Notes under the pieces: model-generated
What the model was told of the DNA's origin: nothing
The model's input: the letters and a program-made list of their open reading frames with translations, nothing else
Databases searched by the model: none
Position numbers and translations under genes: made by a program
Part shown: one piece after another, positions 34,797 through 46,000 of the stretch
Layout of the letters: each line of letters starts with the position of its first letter
Numbering within the stretch: the first letter of the stretch is position 1
Source: Sumerlaeia bacterium
GTDB lineage: Bacteria > Sumerlaeota > Sumerlaeia > SLMS01 > JAHLLQ01
DNA: 64,000 nucleotides
Assembly (NCBI GenBank): GCA_040219255.1
Contig: JAVJSW010000031.1
Location: 20,896-84,895, forward strand
Reading direction: 5' to 3'

Positions 34797-36185
34797 TTAG
34801 TTGGCGGAGTTGAAGGTCACCTTCCTGCCCGAGTCCGTGATGTAGGTGACGCGGTCGCCGGGGCCGCCGAGGATGGATTCGCGTTCGATTCGGGTGGCGA
34901 CTTCCCCGTCGATCAGGATGCGCGAGTCGTTTTCCGAATAGTGGTTTGCCACTTGAACGGCGCCCTTGGTGGAGACGGGTGTGGAGAGCACGGCGATCAT
35001 GGTGCCGTTTCCGGCGTCCATGGTGATCTGGGCGACGGCGGTCGAGAGGGCGTTCGAACCCGCGAGGGGAGCGGTGTCGGCTTCGATGATGCGACCGCCC
35101 TCGCCGGCGTAGTTGAGCCGGATGGTGGCGGACTGACCGGGCGTGACGTTCTCGGCGGTGACTTCGATTTCGACCGGGTTGCTGATGCCAGAGGGAATCA
35201 CGACATCGGGCGAGTCCGGATTGGCGCCCGCATCGGCGGGCACATCGACGCCGCCGACCTTGGATATGCGCAGCGTACCGAGGCCGGTGCCATCGGCGAA
35301 GACAAGGCCGGGGAGGCTGTTGTAAACGCGGCCGGAGGGATTGCCGAAGTTGCTGCTGAGGTTGAAGGTTTCCAGGCGAATGATGCCGTCGTCGCTGCGG
35401 GTTGTGTTGGTCGGGCCGAAACTGCCTTGACTATTTCCCGACACGTCGATGGTGCCGCTGGCTTGGATGCGTGAGGCGATGATGCGGACGGAACCGCCGC
35501 TGCCGGGGCCGCCGGAGAAATTGGTGGTTCCGGACGAATCGCCGCCGCGGCCGCCGCTGGCGTCGATCACGGCGTTGCCGCCCTGGCTGTAGGTGCCGCT
35601 GACGGCGATGGTGAGGGCACCACCACCGCCGCCGCCGGCCCCTCCATCCTCGGTGGGGGCGGTGCCGCCGCCACCGCCCGAGCCGCCGATCTGGGGCACC
35701 AGGGAGGGCTTCATGTAAGTGTTCCGGCCCCCTGCCGAGCCCACTTCCGTTTCCTCGGTTCGGGCCGTGCCGCCTCCGGGCCCTAGTCCGGCGCCTGCAG
35801 GGAAGATTGAGCCGGCGGCTCGACCCGCCGCACCTCCGGCCCAGCCGCCGGGACCGCCCTGGCCGGGCATTTCCCGGATCGCGTCTTTGCCCTCCATCGC
35901 GATGCGGCCATTCAGGACAAAGTCGTCTTGAACCAGAATCACCAGAGGCGTGTTGTTCTCGTTCGCCTCGACTTGCAGAACACTGTTGGCATCGATCGTG
36001 ACCGAACTGAAATTGTAAATGCCGTCGGGTTTATTGTCCATGTTGAGGATGAAGGTTTCACCGGAGGCAACGGTCAGTTCGCCGTCCGAGCCGTCGGAGC
36101 CGCTGTCGAAATGTATTTCCTGCGCCTGGGCGGGCAACGCGAAGAGCGCGACGAGGGCGAAGACGGCGGAGAGTCTGAGAACCAT
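34797..36185 (-). CDS. Secreted glycine-rich domain protein
   Basis: AAGGAG RBS before MVLRLSAVF (signal peptide); FDSGSDGSDG; repeated GGxGGGGG / GGGGGGALTI / GSGGSVRI segments; C-terminal Ig-like region. Confidence 0.8.
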   Translation of the reverse strand: MVLRLSAVFALVALFALPAQAQEIHFDSGSDGSDGELTVASGETFILNMDNKPDGIYNFSSVTIDANSVLQVEANENNTPLVILVQDDFVLNGRIAMEGKDAIREMPGQGGPGGWAGGAAGRAAGSIFPAGAGLGPGGGTARTEETEVGSAGGRNTYMKPSLVPQIGGSGGGGGTAPTEDGGAGGGGGGALTIAVSGTYSQGGNAVIDASGGRGGDSSGTTNFSGGPGSGGSVRIIASRIQASGTIDVSGNSQGSFGPTNTTRSDDGIIRLETFNLSSNFGNPSGRVYNSLPGLVFADGTGLGTLRISKVGGVDVPADAGANPDSPDVVIPSGISNPVEIEVTAENVTPGQSATIRLNYAGEGGRIIEADTAPLAGSNALSTAVAQITMDAGNGTMIAVLSTPVSTKGAVQVANHYSENDSRILIDGEVATRIERESILGGPGDRVTYITDSGRKVTFNSAN

Positions 36186-36228
36186 GGTGAACTCCTTGGG
36201 GGTCCGAATGGGATGAAGAGGCATTGGA

Positions 36229-39200
36229 TCATTGCCTTTCAAAGGCGAGGGGCTTGGACACCGTCAGGCCACCGGGGGCCTGCGGTGATGGGAAGGTAAA
36301 GGCAAGGGGCCGCGACACCAGCAATCCGGAGGGTGCGCCGGGAGACGGGAAGGAGAATGCGAGGGGTTTGGAAACCAGCAGGCCGCCGGGAGCCGAGGGC
36401 GCAGGAAAGCTGAAGCCGATGGGACGGGACGCGAGGAGGCCGCCCGGCGCGCTGGGAGCCGGGAAGGTGAACCCAACGGGGTTGGAAACAACAAAGCGGC
36501 TGTCGAGGACAGTGAGGGTCGCCTCGGGCCGGAAGCCGGGGTACTGAGGCAACTCGGCCTGGACTCGGACGCGGTAGGCGGCGGGCGCGCCGACGTCGAG
36601 AGGCGCCGTGTCGAACAACCCGCCAGGGGTGATGGAGCCGGTGACGGCCGGGTTGCCGCCCTCGATGCCGTTGATGAGCCAGGCGACTCGATCGGTGACG
36701 TCGTTGCCGAGGAGTGTGGCGGAAAATTGAAGGGTTTCGCCAAGGCCAAGGGTGGCTTTGGCGGGGGAAAGGACGAAGGCCTGATCCGCATCCACGACGG
36801 AAATCGCGACCGAGTCGGTGCCGAGGTTTCCGCCCGGATCGACGGCGGTGGCTGTGATGGTTTGCGTACCGGTGGTCGGGGCGAGGGTCACGATGCCGGA
36901 TGCCATGCCGCCGGGCAGGCCTTCCTCGGATTGGCCATCCACCGTGAGTTCCACGCCGAGCACGGCCACATCGTCCGACGATGTGACATCGACGCGGATC
37001 GGGCGACCCGCAAAGCCAATGGTGTCGGCGGTGGGCGAGAGAATCTCGACCATCGGATCGATGCCGTTCTCATCGGTCAGGCTGCTGGCGAGGGTGACAT
37101 CGCCGATGTCCACCAACACGTCGAAATCGACTGTGCTGAAGGGCGTGAAGGGGAAGACCTGGTCTTCGACGGAGCCGTTCGCCTGGCCCGTTTGCAGTCC
37201 GTCGCCAGCTTCGGCATCCACGGCGTAAACGCGGCCTTCGAGGATAGCGTTACGGGGCGGGCCATTGTCGATGGTCAGGCGGGTGTCGATGAAATGGACG
37301 AATCCGCCATCGGGGCCCGAGACGGTGGCCAGAGGCGAGCCGCTGCCCTGGAGGGTAATGTAGGTGCCGGGGAGGCCGCCCTGGGCGGCGATTTCCCGCT
37401 CGTTGGTGTCGTCGATCAAGTCGCTGGCGGCCTTTATCCGCTCGACCAGCACCGGGGTCATCATGGCCGATTCGGCGATGGCGTCGAAGCCATTGAACAC
37501 TTCGTCCTGGCGGTTGATGAGGGCCCGCTCTTCTTCGAGGATGGCGACGAAGCGCTCGGCGAAATCGAGTTGTTCGTCAACGCTCTGAGGGTGGCCCGGT
37601 TCGAGGAGGACGGCCATGTCGAAGAGGAGCTGGGCGAAACGCTGATCGTTGTCGATGGCCGACTCGGAGAAATCCTTCAGTGTGTTCAAGCGGGTAAGGA
37701 TATCGCCGGTGCTCTGCTGGAATTGCAGGTATTCGGGGAAGACGCTCTTGCCGTCGAGCGAACCATCGGCGAGACCGACGTTGTGGCGATAGCAATCGGC
37801 GAGGCGTTTGAAAACCCGCAGACGGATGTCGTAAGCGTCCTGGAGCGCGTCGGCGACTGCGGGTTCGGTGAAGATGGTGGTGACCGAGGTGATGAGCTGG
37901 CCGACGCGGAAGCCGAGGGCCGCGCAGTTGTAGACGTTGTCGAGTTCCTTGAGTTTGCCCTGGTACTCCTTGAGTTTGTCCACTTTGCCGACGATGTCGC
38001 GGAATTCGTCGAGGGCGACGGTTTCGGCGCGAGCGCGCAGGCGCGTTTCCGCGTGTTCGAGGGCCTTGGCGGTGAGGGCGGATGCCGTTTCCTGAAGCGG
38101 GGGACTGGACTGCCCCAGCGCGGTTTGGATCAGGCCGACGTCACCAAGCGTTCCGGCGACTCCCTCGATGCGGTCGAGGGCTTTGCTGGCGGGGACGAAG
38201 TTTTTCAAACAGCCGTAGAGTTTTCCGTTGAGCAAGGTTGGGACGGCGACTTTGCCACCGCCGGGAGTCGGGACATCGGTGAGTCCCGCGATGTCCGAGA
38301 CGGCATTGATGCGGGTGTCTTCCGCTTCGGCGACGCGGTTGGCGCTGGCTGTCATGTCGCGCGAGATTTCCTGCAAATCGTTCTGCGCGGCGATCAGGCG
38401 TTCGATGACCTGGGTGGCGGAGAGCGAACCGCACTTGGCGCGGCCTTTGACCGGAACGACCGCTGAGGCCGCGCAGCAGTAGAAGGTGACGCGGGTTTTG
38501 GGATCGCCGCCGGCTTGCTTCTGGGCCTCGATTCGGTCGAGGAGTGCCTTGGCGGCCGGGATCGCTGCGACTTGCTTCAAGGTTTCATTGTTGAAAACCG
38601 GCAAATCGGTATTGAATGTCCCGGGAAAGGAATCGTCGGCGATGGGTTCAATGGGGACGATGCGGCCCGCGTGGGGGCCGTCCTCAGCGACCTTGGCGCG
38701 GGCGGCGAGGGAGAGTTCAGGATGGCCGTCGCCATCGCCGTCGGGGACGATCTGGAAAATCCAGAGCGGCATGGCGTTGGTGGCGCCGGCTTCGTTTTCG
38801 AGAGAAATGGCGGGGCGATTGGCGAAGAGCGGTTCGGGCGCGGCACCGATGACTCCGGCTGTTTCGTCTTCCTGGCCTTCCACCGCGATCATCATGGCGC
38901 TGGGCAGGATGATGACACCGTCCGTAAGGCCGCTGCCGGACGAGGCGACCACGCCTTCGGCTCCAGGACCCAGGAGCGCGCGAACCTCCGAATTCGTTGC
39001 GGCCGCCAATGTTGCGGTTTCACCGCGCCGGCAAAGGGCCCCAGCGGGCAAATCGATGCGGGCGGCCTGCATTTCCAGGGTTTGCGGCGGAGAGACGAAC
39101 AGCTCGATCTCCGTGCGGTCGGTGGCTGAATTTCCGGCCGCGTCGCGGGCAGTCGCCACCAGCGAACGGGTTCCGCCGGCGTCGAGCGTGAATGGAACCG

Positions 39201-39873
39201 TGCCTTGGAAAGTGCCATCAGCGTTGGTGTTCATGAGAACGCCGTTGACTTCGACGGCGGCGGGGGTGTCGCCATCGAGGGCTTGGCCCCGAACGGGAAC
39301 GGCTAGGGTGGTGATGAGGGCGTCCTCATTCGGCGAGTCGATCACCACCATGGGGGGCGAACTGTCGCGGCGCACCTCGACTTCGCGCAGGACGGAATTG
39401 CCGGCGGAGTCCTCAAGCGTCAGCGTAAAGAGGTTCAGTCCCTCCGCGAGGGTCAAAGAGGCCGTCCCGGTGCCGGAATTCGTGCCGGAGAAAAGAACGG
39501 TGTCCCCCTCGAGAACCATGAAATCCCCGGCGGCGCCCTGGACGGTGATTTCGTAGGAAAGGGTGGCCTCTCGGGTGACGAAGACGGAGCCGGTCAGGTT
39601 TTCACTGAGGCCGAGAAAGGGCGGGAGCGCGGCGCCCTCCGTGACGATGCGGGAGAGCAGCAGCAGGTCGCGGTCATCGAGAAGACCAGTACGGTCGGCG
39701 TCGTATTCCGGGTGTTCGACCGGATCCCACTGGCCAATGGCGCCGCGGACAGTGACGACGTCGGAGACGTCGAACAGGCCGTCGGCGGAGGGGTCGGGGT
39801 TGGGCGTGGCATTCCCCGCGAGAGCATGAACTCCCGCGCTCATGGCGAAGAATAGAGTTGGGACGAGTCGCAT
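36229..39873 (-). CDS. Large secreted protein: N-terminal dockerin-like EF-hand pair, Ig-like domains, Cys-containing helical core, C-terminal repeats
   Basis: Signal peptide; DPSADGLFDVSD...DADRTGLLDDRD; DSSPPMVVIDSP, ATARDAAGN and ATAVDPGGN Big-type domains. Confidence 0.8.
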   Translation of the reverse strand: MRLVPTLFFAMSAGVHALAGNATPNPDPSADGLFDVSDVVTVRGAIGQWDPVEHPEYDADRTGLLDDRDLLLLSRIVTEGAALPPFLGLSENLTGSVFVTREATLSYEITVQGAAGDFMVLEGDTVLFSGTNSGTGTASLTLAEGLNLFTLTLEDSAGNSVLREVEVRRDSSPPMVVIDSPNEDALITTLAVPVRGQALDGDTPAAVEVNGVLMNTNADGTFQGTVPFTLDAGGTRSLVATARDAAGNSATDRTEIELFVSPPQTLEMQAARIDLPAGALCRRGETATLAAATNSEVRALLGPGAEGVVASSGSGLTDGVIILPSAMMIAVEGQEDETAGVIGAAPEPLFANRPAISLENEAGATNAMPLWIFQIVPDGDGDGHPELSLAARAKVAEDGPHAGRIVPIEPIADDSFPGTFNTDLPVFNNETLKQVAAIPAAKALLDRIEAQKQAGGDPKTRVTFYCCAASAVVPVKGRAKCGSLSATQVIERLIAAQNDLQEISRDMTASANRVAEAEDTRINAVSDIAGLTDVPTPGGGKVAVPTLLNGKLYGCLKNFVPASKALDRIEGVAGTLGDVGLIQTALGQSSPPLQETASALTAKALEHAETRLRARAETVALDEFRDIVGKVDKLKEYQGKLKELDNVYNCAALGFRVGQLITSVTTIFTEPAVADALQDAYDIRLRVFKRLADCYRHNVGLADGSLDGKSVFPEYLQFQQSTGDILTRLNTLKDFSESAIDNDQRFAQLLFDMAVLLEPGHPQSVDEQLDFAERFVAILEEERALINRQDEVFNGFDAIAESAMMTPVLVERIKAASDLIDDTNEREIAAQGGLPGTYITLQGSGSPLATVSGPDGGFVHFIDTRLTIDNGPPRNAILEGRVYAVDAEAGDGLQTGQANGSVEDQVFPFTPFSTVDFDVLVDIGDVTLASSLTDENGIDPMVEILSPTADTIGFAGRPIRVDVTSSDDVAVLGVELTVDGQSEEGLPGGMASGIVTLAPTTGTQTITATAVDPGGNLGTDSVAISVVDADQAFVLSPAKATLGLGETLQFSATLLGNDVTDRVAWLINGIEGGNPAVTGSITPGGLFDTAPLDVGAPAAYRVRVQAELPQYPGFRPEATLTVLDSRFVVSNPVGFTFPAPSAPGGLLASRPIGFSFPAPSAPGGLLVSKPLAFSFPSPGAPSGLLVSRPLAFTFPSPQAPGGLTVSKPLAFERQ
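36232..36489 (-). repeat. 57-bp / 19-aa tandem repeat (4.5 copies) at the protein C-terminus
   Basis: VSNPVGFTFPAPSAPGGLL / ASRPIGFSFPAPSAPGGLL / VSKPLAFSFPSPGAPSGLL / VSRPLAFTFPSPQAPGGLT / VSKPLAFERQ*. Confidence 0.95.
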
Positions 39874-40066
39874 AATTTCGACCGGTCTACGGTGAGGATG
39901 GCGAGTAGATCGTGGACTGGTCGAACGTTGTCAAGCAAGAAAAAGGGTTGAAAACGTTAGATATGGGAGCAAGCGCCAAAGTCAGGTTGGCAATTCAAGT
40001 CGTCAAGGGCCTGTCTGACAACGGTGATGATCGTAGAAAGTCGTCACCGTTGCCTATTCAGTAGAC

Positions 40067-43000
40067 CTAGTTGAGATTCTGGTAGACCAGAAGATCACGC
40101 CTAGGCTGAAACGTTGACTGAATGCTCACCCCGACGACAGCTATATCTGCCTCACCAGTGCCGTTCAGGTTTGCAATTGTCAAGGCAGAGCTGCGTGGTC
40201 CGCTGCCTTCCATGGGCCCATCAGAGTAGAAGGCTTGGGTTCCAAAAGTGCCATCGCCGTTTCCATTCAAGACAGTGAGTGTGCTGCCAACTCCTGCAAA
40301 GGCCAAATCCGGGAACGTATCACCGTTCAAATCTTCAATTGCAATGTCGAGTGCAAAATATGAGGAATCTAAGAACATTTCGCTGCCAATGCTGAAACCT
40401 CCAGTGCCATCACCAAGTAGGCAGAAAAAAGAGCTGTCAAGGAAGGAAAAGTAGACGAGATCTGGATTGGAGTCAGCGTTGACATCGGCAAGTGCGATTG
40501 ACCGAGGGGGAGCTGGCAAATCGATCGTGGTTGGCGAATTAAACCCACCACTTGCATCAGCAAGGAAGACACTCAGCTTGCCCTGAGAGGAAACGGCACT
40601 TGCAAGAACGATATCTGTCCTCGAGTCGCCATTGAGATCGCCAAGTTCCAGGTACTCGAAATCGTATCCCAGGAGACTATTATCCAACAATAGGCTGTCA
40701 GAAAATGTTCCGTCGCCATTGCCGGACTTCACATACAGTTCATCGTGACGCGCACTGAATACGACAATATCCAGGATGTTGTCACCATTCAAATGACCGA
40801 CCTCAAACTCTGGCTGGTCGGTGAAATGACCACTGTCGTAGCTGCCGACAAAAATCGAAGAGTTAAAGCTTCCATCCCCATTGCCCAGAAGGACCGACAA
40901 GTCGCCATCGGTCGAGACTATCAGGTCCAGATTGGTATCGTTATCAAGGTCGGCGGTTTCGATATAGTCAGCACTTCCATACTTGGCGAAATAGTCAACG
41001 GGAGTACCGAACGTGCCGTCGCCCGCATTGAGAAGAATCCAAACCTTGGAGAACTCGGCAACGGCCAAATCGACGTCGCCATCCTTATCAAAATCGCCGC
41101 TAGCGACGTCATAGGCATCATAGTTACCTAGATTTAGATTATAGGCGTCGGGATAATCAAATTCGGGAGCCTGAATGGCTGGGTCCACGCAGAGTTCGAC
41201 TCCGTAAATGACGCTAGTTGCTGATCCGATGGTATAGTCTGAGCCTGTGCTGACGTAGCCCCCCAGAAGATACACAGGGATTGTTGCAAGGGGACTCGGT
41301 GGGTTTGCTGCTGTATCGTAGAAGTAGCGGACGTTCTGAGTGGATTCCCAGTACATACCAACGGCATAGGTCTTATTGACACTGAGATCAATACTGAGAG
41401 GGCCCGTGTCAGCCAATTGGCGGGTCACATCCGATATCGTCCGATTCTGAGACCACACTTCGGTCCAGCCGCCACCGGCTACTTGCACGAGGACAAACAG
41501 AGTGACATCGGCGGAGCCGTCAAGCGGCACACAATCGAAGCCAAATGAGGTCAATGTCGTGGGCTGGGTCACGTTAAACGTCGCACCTCGCGCGGTGTTG
41601 GTATCAACAGTGGCCTTTGTAGAGGCCGCGATCAGTTCACAAGTGGCAGACGGCGCAGGCGTCGGCGTCGGCGTCGGCGTAGGCGTAGGAGTCGGTGTGG
41701 GTGTAGGAGTGGGAGTCGGCGTTGGAGTCGGAGTTGGAGTAGGTGTCGGCGAGCCTGACTCCAGAGCGTGCAGGCACACGTCCACCCCATAAATCGAAGT
41801 GGGAGCGTTGGAGCCAGGTCCTAGAAATCCGCCTTCGATCGTTCCGTCGGCGGTTGTGAAAGCAACGGGTGCGGCGTCGAATTCGCGATAGACTCCGGCT
41901 GTCGTTCCCGAAGCCCGGAAGCTGGCGGCGTAGAGGACACCAGATTTGAGGATGAGATTGATGGGGTCGGAAACGACGGTTGGGCCGAGATCGCCGACAT
42001 ATTGACGGCTGTATGTGTTGAGCACTTGCCAACCAGAACCGGGCACGAACTGCCAGAGTTCGAGGTAGGCGGTCCAGGGAAGAGCATCGGAAGGCGAATC
42101 GGCGCTGACACGGCTCTGAATTCGGCTAATGGCGTAATCCTGATTGAGGCGGAAGGTGATTCCTCGGTACTCGCCGGGCGGACGCCGGTCGAAACCGAGC
42201 CCGGTATCGACAGGCGTGTCTTCGCAGATCTCCGTCTGATTCACGCCCGTGAGTTGGGCGGAGATAGCCACGGCCTGCGGAGAATTGGACGCCGTAGCGT
42301 CCGTGACAGACACGGATGACGTGTGCGTCCCGGAGGTCAGGCCTGAAGCATCGAAAGTGACCGCTATCTGTTGCGATTCCCCGATGCGGAGCTTTCCGCT
42401 GGCTGGAGATAGCATGACCCAAGCGTCGGCCGGCGTCGCCGTGAAGTTCAGCGGCAATCCAGCCCCGGTGTTTGTGATGGTGAAGGTCTTGGCGACGATG
42501 CCTGTGGAAGTCGTAATGCCTTCCACATTGAGCATTGTCGAATTTAGCCCGATAACCGGCGGATTAGACCACGCAGAGGAGTCGAAGCAGGCTTCAAAAC
42601 TGTAGGACGTGGTCGTCTCGACCAGGTCGCTGCCAGAGGTGAAGGTGGCGACACCGCCGGTGAAGGAACCGGGCGCTGTGGTGAAATCGACGGGGAAAGC
42701 GGTGCCGGATTTGTAGAAGTACCGAACCTGCTGGTCGCCTGGCCAGGAGACTAGCAGAGCATATTTCTGACCTGGAACAAGAGGTTGGGAAATAGGCCCG
42801 GAGTTGTAGAACAACCGCCCGCCAGCTGTCTCAACGCGGGAAGTCGTCCAAAGGACTGGGTCGAGCGCCCCGTCTTCCACCTGAACCAGTGTGTAGGTCA
42901 ATTCGGTGTTGCCTTCAAGGAGAACCAGTTCAGGAGAAAACGAGGTCAGCGTGGTCGGGGCATCAGCCAGGAACACGATTCCGCGGGTGAGTCCCGCATC

Positions 43001-46000
43001 GTTTGTTTTGAGTTCGCTGGGGGAAACTTCGCAAACCTCCGGTCCAGGAGTTGGAGTGGGCGTAGGTGTAGGAGTCGGTGTCGGTGTGGGAGTAGGTGTA
43101 GGCGTCGGTGTAGGCGTCGGCGTAGGCGTCGGTGTAGGCGTCGGAGTGGGAGTCGGTGTTGGCGTCGGCGCCGCCCCCTCCTGGAAGCACAACTCCATCG
43201 CGTAGGTCGTTGTCGTTCCGGAGCCCAGAAGCGGATCGGAACTTCCGCTCTGGAAACCGCCGACGATGCTGCCCGGGATGGTGGTGAAGAGTACGGGCGC
43301 CATCGAGGATGAGTAGAAATAACGGACTTGCTCGCCAACGGGCCAGGAGACGGCGGTGGCGTAGTAGGTTCCGGGAACCACAGATTGCCCAACAGAGCCC
43401 GAGTCGTAAAGTGCGCGTCCAGCATCGATGGTTACGGGATTCGAGTAGAGGCTGGTCCAAGGGCCGTTGGCCGAGGGAGCGCTCATCAAGTGGAACGTGA
43501 CGTCGGCTGTTGTGTCGAAGAGCGGCACGAGATCCATGGCGAAGTTTTCAAGGACCTGATTGCTGGACACCGTGAAGACCGCGCCGCGAGTCAGGTTCTC
43601 GTCGTTTGCCTTGGTCACTCCGGGAACCGTTTCGCAAGTCGTTGTAAAAGCGACGATGGAGAGATTGACGGGAATTTGGACTGGGGGACCGGGGATGGCG
43701 ACGGCGTCGGCGATTTGAAGGTTGGCGATGTAGAGTTCGGAGCCGGGGGCTTCGAACGGACGGACGTTGATTCCGTCGATGGCCAGCAGATTTTCTCCGG
43801 TAATGGCCTGCAGATCTCTTTCGATATAGCGTTCAAACCTGGTCCATTGAGTATCGTGACCTGCAGGCGCGGCGCCGAGGCGAACCCGAATGTAATCTCC
43901 GTAGGCGCCATCGACAGTGCCACCGAAGTATTGGTAAATGAATGTAGCGGTTGATGTACCGGTGGTTCGGGCACGGAAGTAGTAGTGGGAGAGATTCTTG
44001 AAATCCCAGCCAAAGATTTTCCCGCTTGCATTCCAAGGGGCGGCGTTAGGATTCAGATTGTTCAATGAAGTATCGCCAAGAATCCAACTCGCTGACTGAC
44101 CAGATGTTATATTCCCAAACATCTTCGCCACAGTCCGATTCAGCTCCGCATCGAAGACGCTTTCCAGCGTGCCAAGAGGGTCTGTGTCGTACTGATACCA
44201 CCAGGTGGAGGACTGAGCGGGATCGTCGAAAACGGCGGAGAACGTGTCCGCCATCACGCCGGTGATGGTGACTTGGCCAGAGTAGTCGCCGGCCGCCAGA
44301 CCATCCGAATCGTACGTCACGGTCAGGGTTTCGCTCAGGCCGGAAGCCAGGCTGCCGTGCGACAAGCCATTGGGCAGCGAGACGCTCATCCACGGACTCG
44401 CCTCCGTGGCTTCCCAGTGAAGCACGCCGCCGCCTGTGTTGGTGATGAGGATGGTTTGGGGGGCTGCGTCGTTTCCGCTGATCGCCACCGGCGAGAGCGC
44501 GGCGGGCGAGGCGCCGATGATGGGCGGTTGGGCGTCCGCGTCTTCCAGGACACAGATTTCCAGGCCGTACAGGTTGGAACCGACGATGGCGGACGGATCG
44601 AGGTAGTTTGCACTGGAGGTGAGATAGCCCCCTTCCACGTCCAGGGAAGTGCTCGCCAGGCTCAGCGGTAGCGGCGTCCCTTGCTCGTAGAAGTAGCGGA
44701 TCGTTTCTCCCGGGCCCCACGCCACGCCAATGGCGTAGGTTGTGCCCGCAGACAGCATTTCGCTCAGCGGACCGCTGCCCGCGAGTTGACGCGAAGTTCC
44801 GTACACGGTGCGGGTGTTCGACCAAAGTTCGCTCCAGACGCCGCCAGCCTGCTGCTCCAGCAGGAAGAACGTCATGTCCGCCTGGCCATCGAGCACCACC
44901 ACATCCATCGCGAAGGATGAAAGTGTCTGGTCGCTGACAGGCGTGAATGCCGCGCCTCGGGCGATGTTCTGGGCGGTGGCCTTGATTACGCCAGGGACGG
45001 AGTCGCACAGTTCGAGAAGGCTCGAACGCACCTCGACCTCAACGACGATCGTCTTGGGCGAGTCGGTGGCGCCGGGGGCGGCCACTTCGATCTGGCCGAC
45101 GTGGAAGCCGGGCAGAAGCTCATCGGTATCGAGGATGACCGTCACGGTGTCCGCCTCGCCGGAACTCTCTCCGCTGGTGGGGGCGACGCTCAGCCAAGCG
45201 GCGGAGGGCGTGGCGGTCCAGTTCATCGATCCAGAACGGCCATTGGCTACCTCGAAGCTCGCATCGGCCGGATTCACGCCTTCTTGCGCGATGACCGAAA
45301 TGAAATCCGTCGTAGTTTCCAGCAAGGGCGGCACAACACCTGTCCCTGTCATGCAGAGCTGAGTGCCATACGTGTTCTGCGAAAGGAACATGGAGGCGGC
45401 TGTGGGGTCCGGGCCGCCGCCCTGGAACCCGCCGTGAATGGTTCCCGGAACGGTCGAGAAGGGCAGAGGCGCCGTGCTGCGCCCAAACGAGTACCCGATG
45501 TCCGTGGCGCCCCAACCGATGCAGACGGCGTAGTAGGTGCCGGGTGAAAGGGTCTCATCAATGCCGGCCGCTGTGTAGTCTGTATATCCGTTGCCGGATG
45601 CGCTCGAACTGTTCTGCCAGACGATGCTCCACGGGCCGGTGGATGAGGCAGCGGACAGGAGATAGAAGTTCAGGGTGGGGTTGAAGTCGCCGAGATCCAG
45701 GTCCATCGAGAAGGAATTGAGAACTTGCTCGGCGTCGACGCTGAAGACCGTACCGCGGGCCAGGTTGCCGTTCGAGGCGAATTCGTCCGACGGGGCCGTT
45801 TCGCAAACGGTGGCTTCGCTGAAGCAGATGTCCATGCCATAGGTGTTGGCGGACAGGAACGACGAACCGGAAATGGGATCGGGGAAGGTGCCTTGGAAAC
45901 CGCCCTCGATCGTGCCGGAAATCTGGGAGAAGAGCAGCGGCGCGACGCTCCTCTTGAAATGATAAGAAGTTTGATTCGAAGCCCACTTGAAGCCGGCAAC

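Noticed and set aside
36232-36489. 57-bp periodic repeat as a possible CRISPR array
   Set aside because: In-frame, synonymously diverged coding repeat with no unique spacers and no cas genes.
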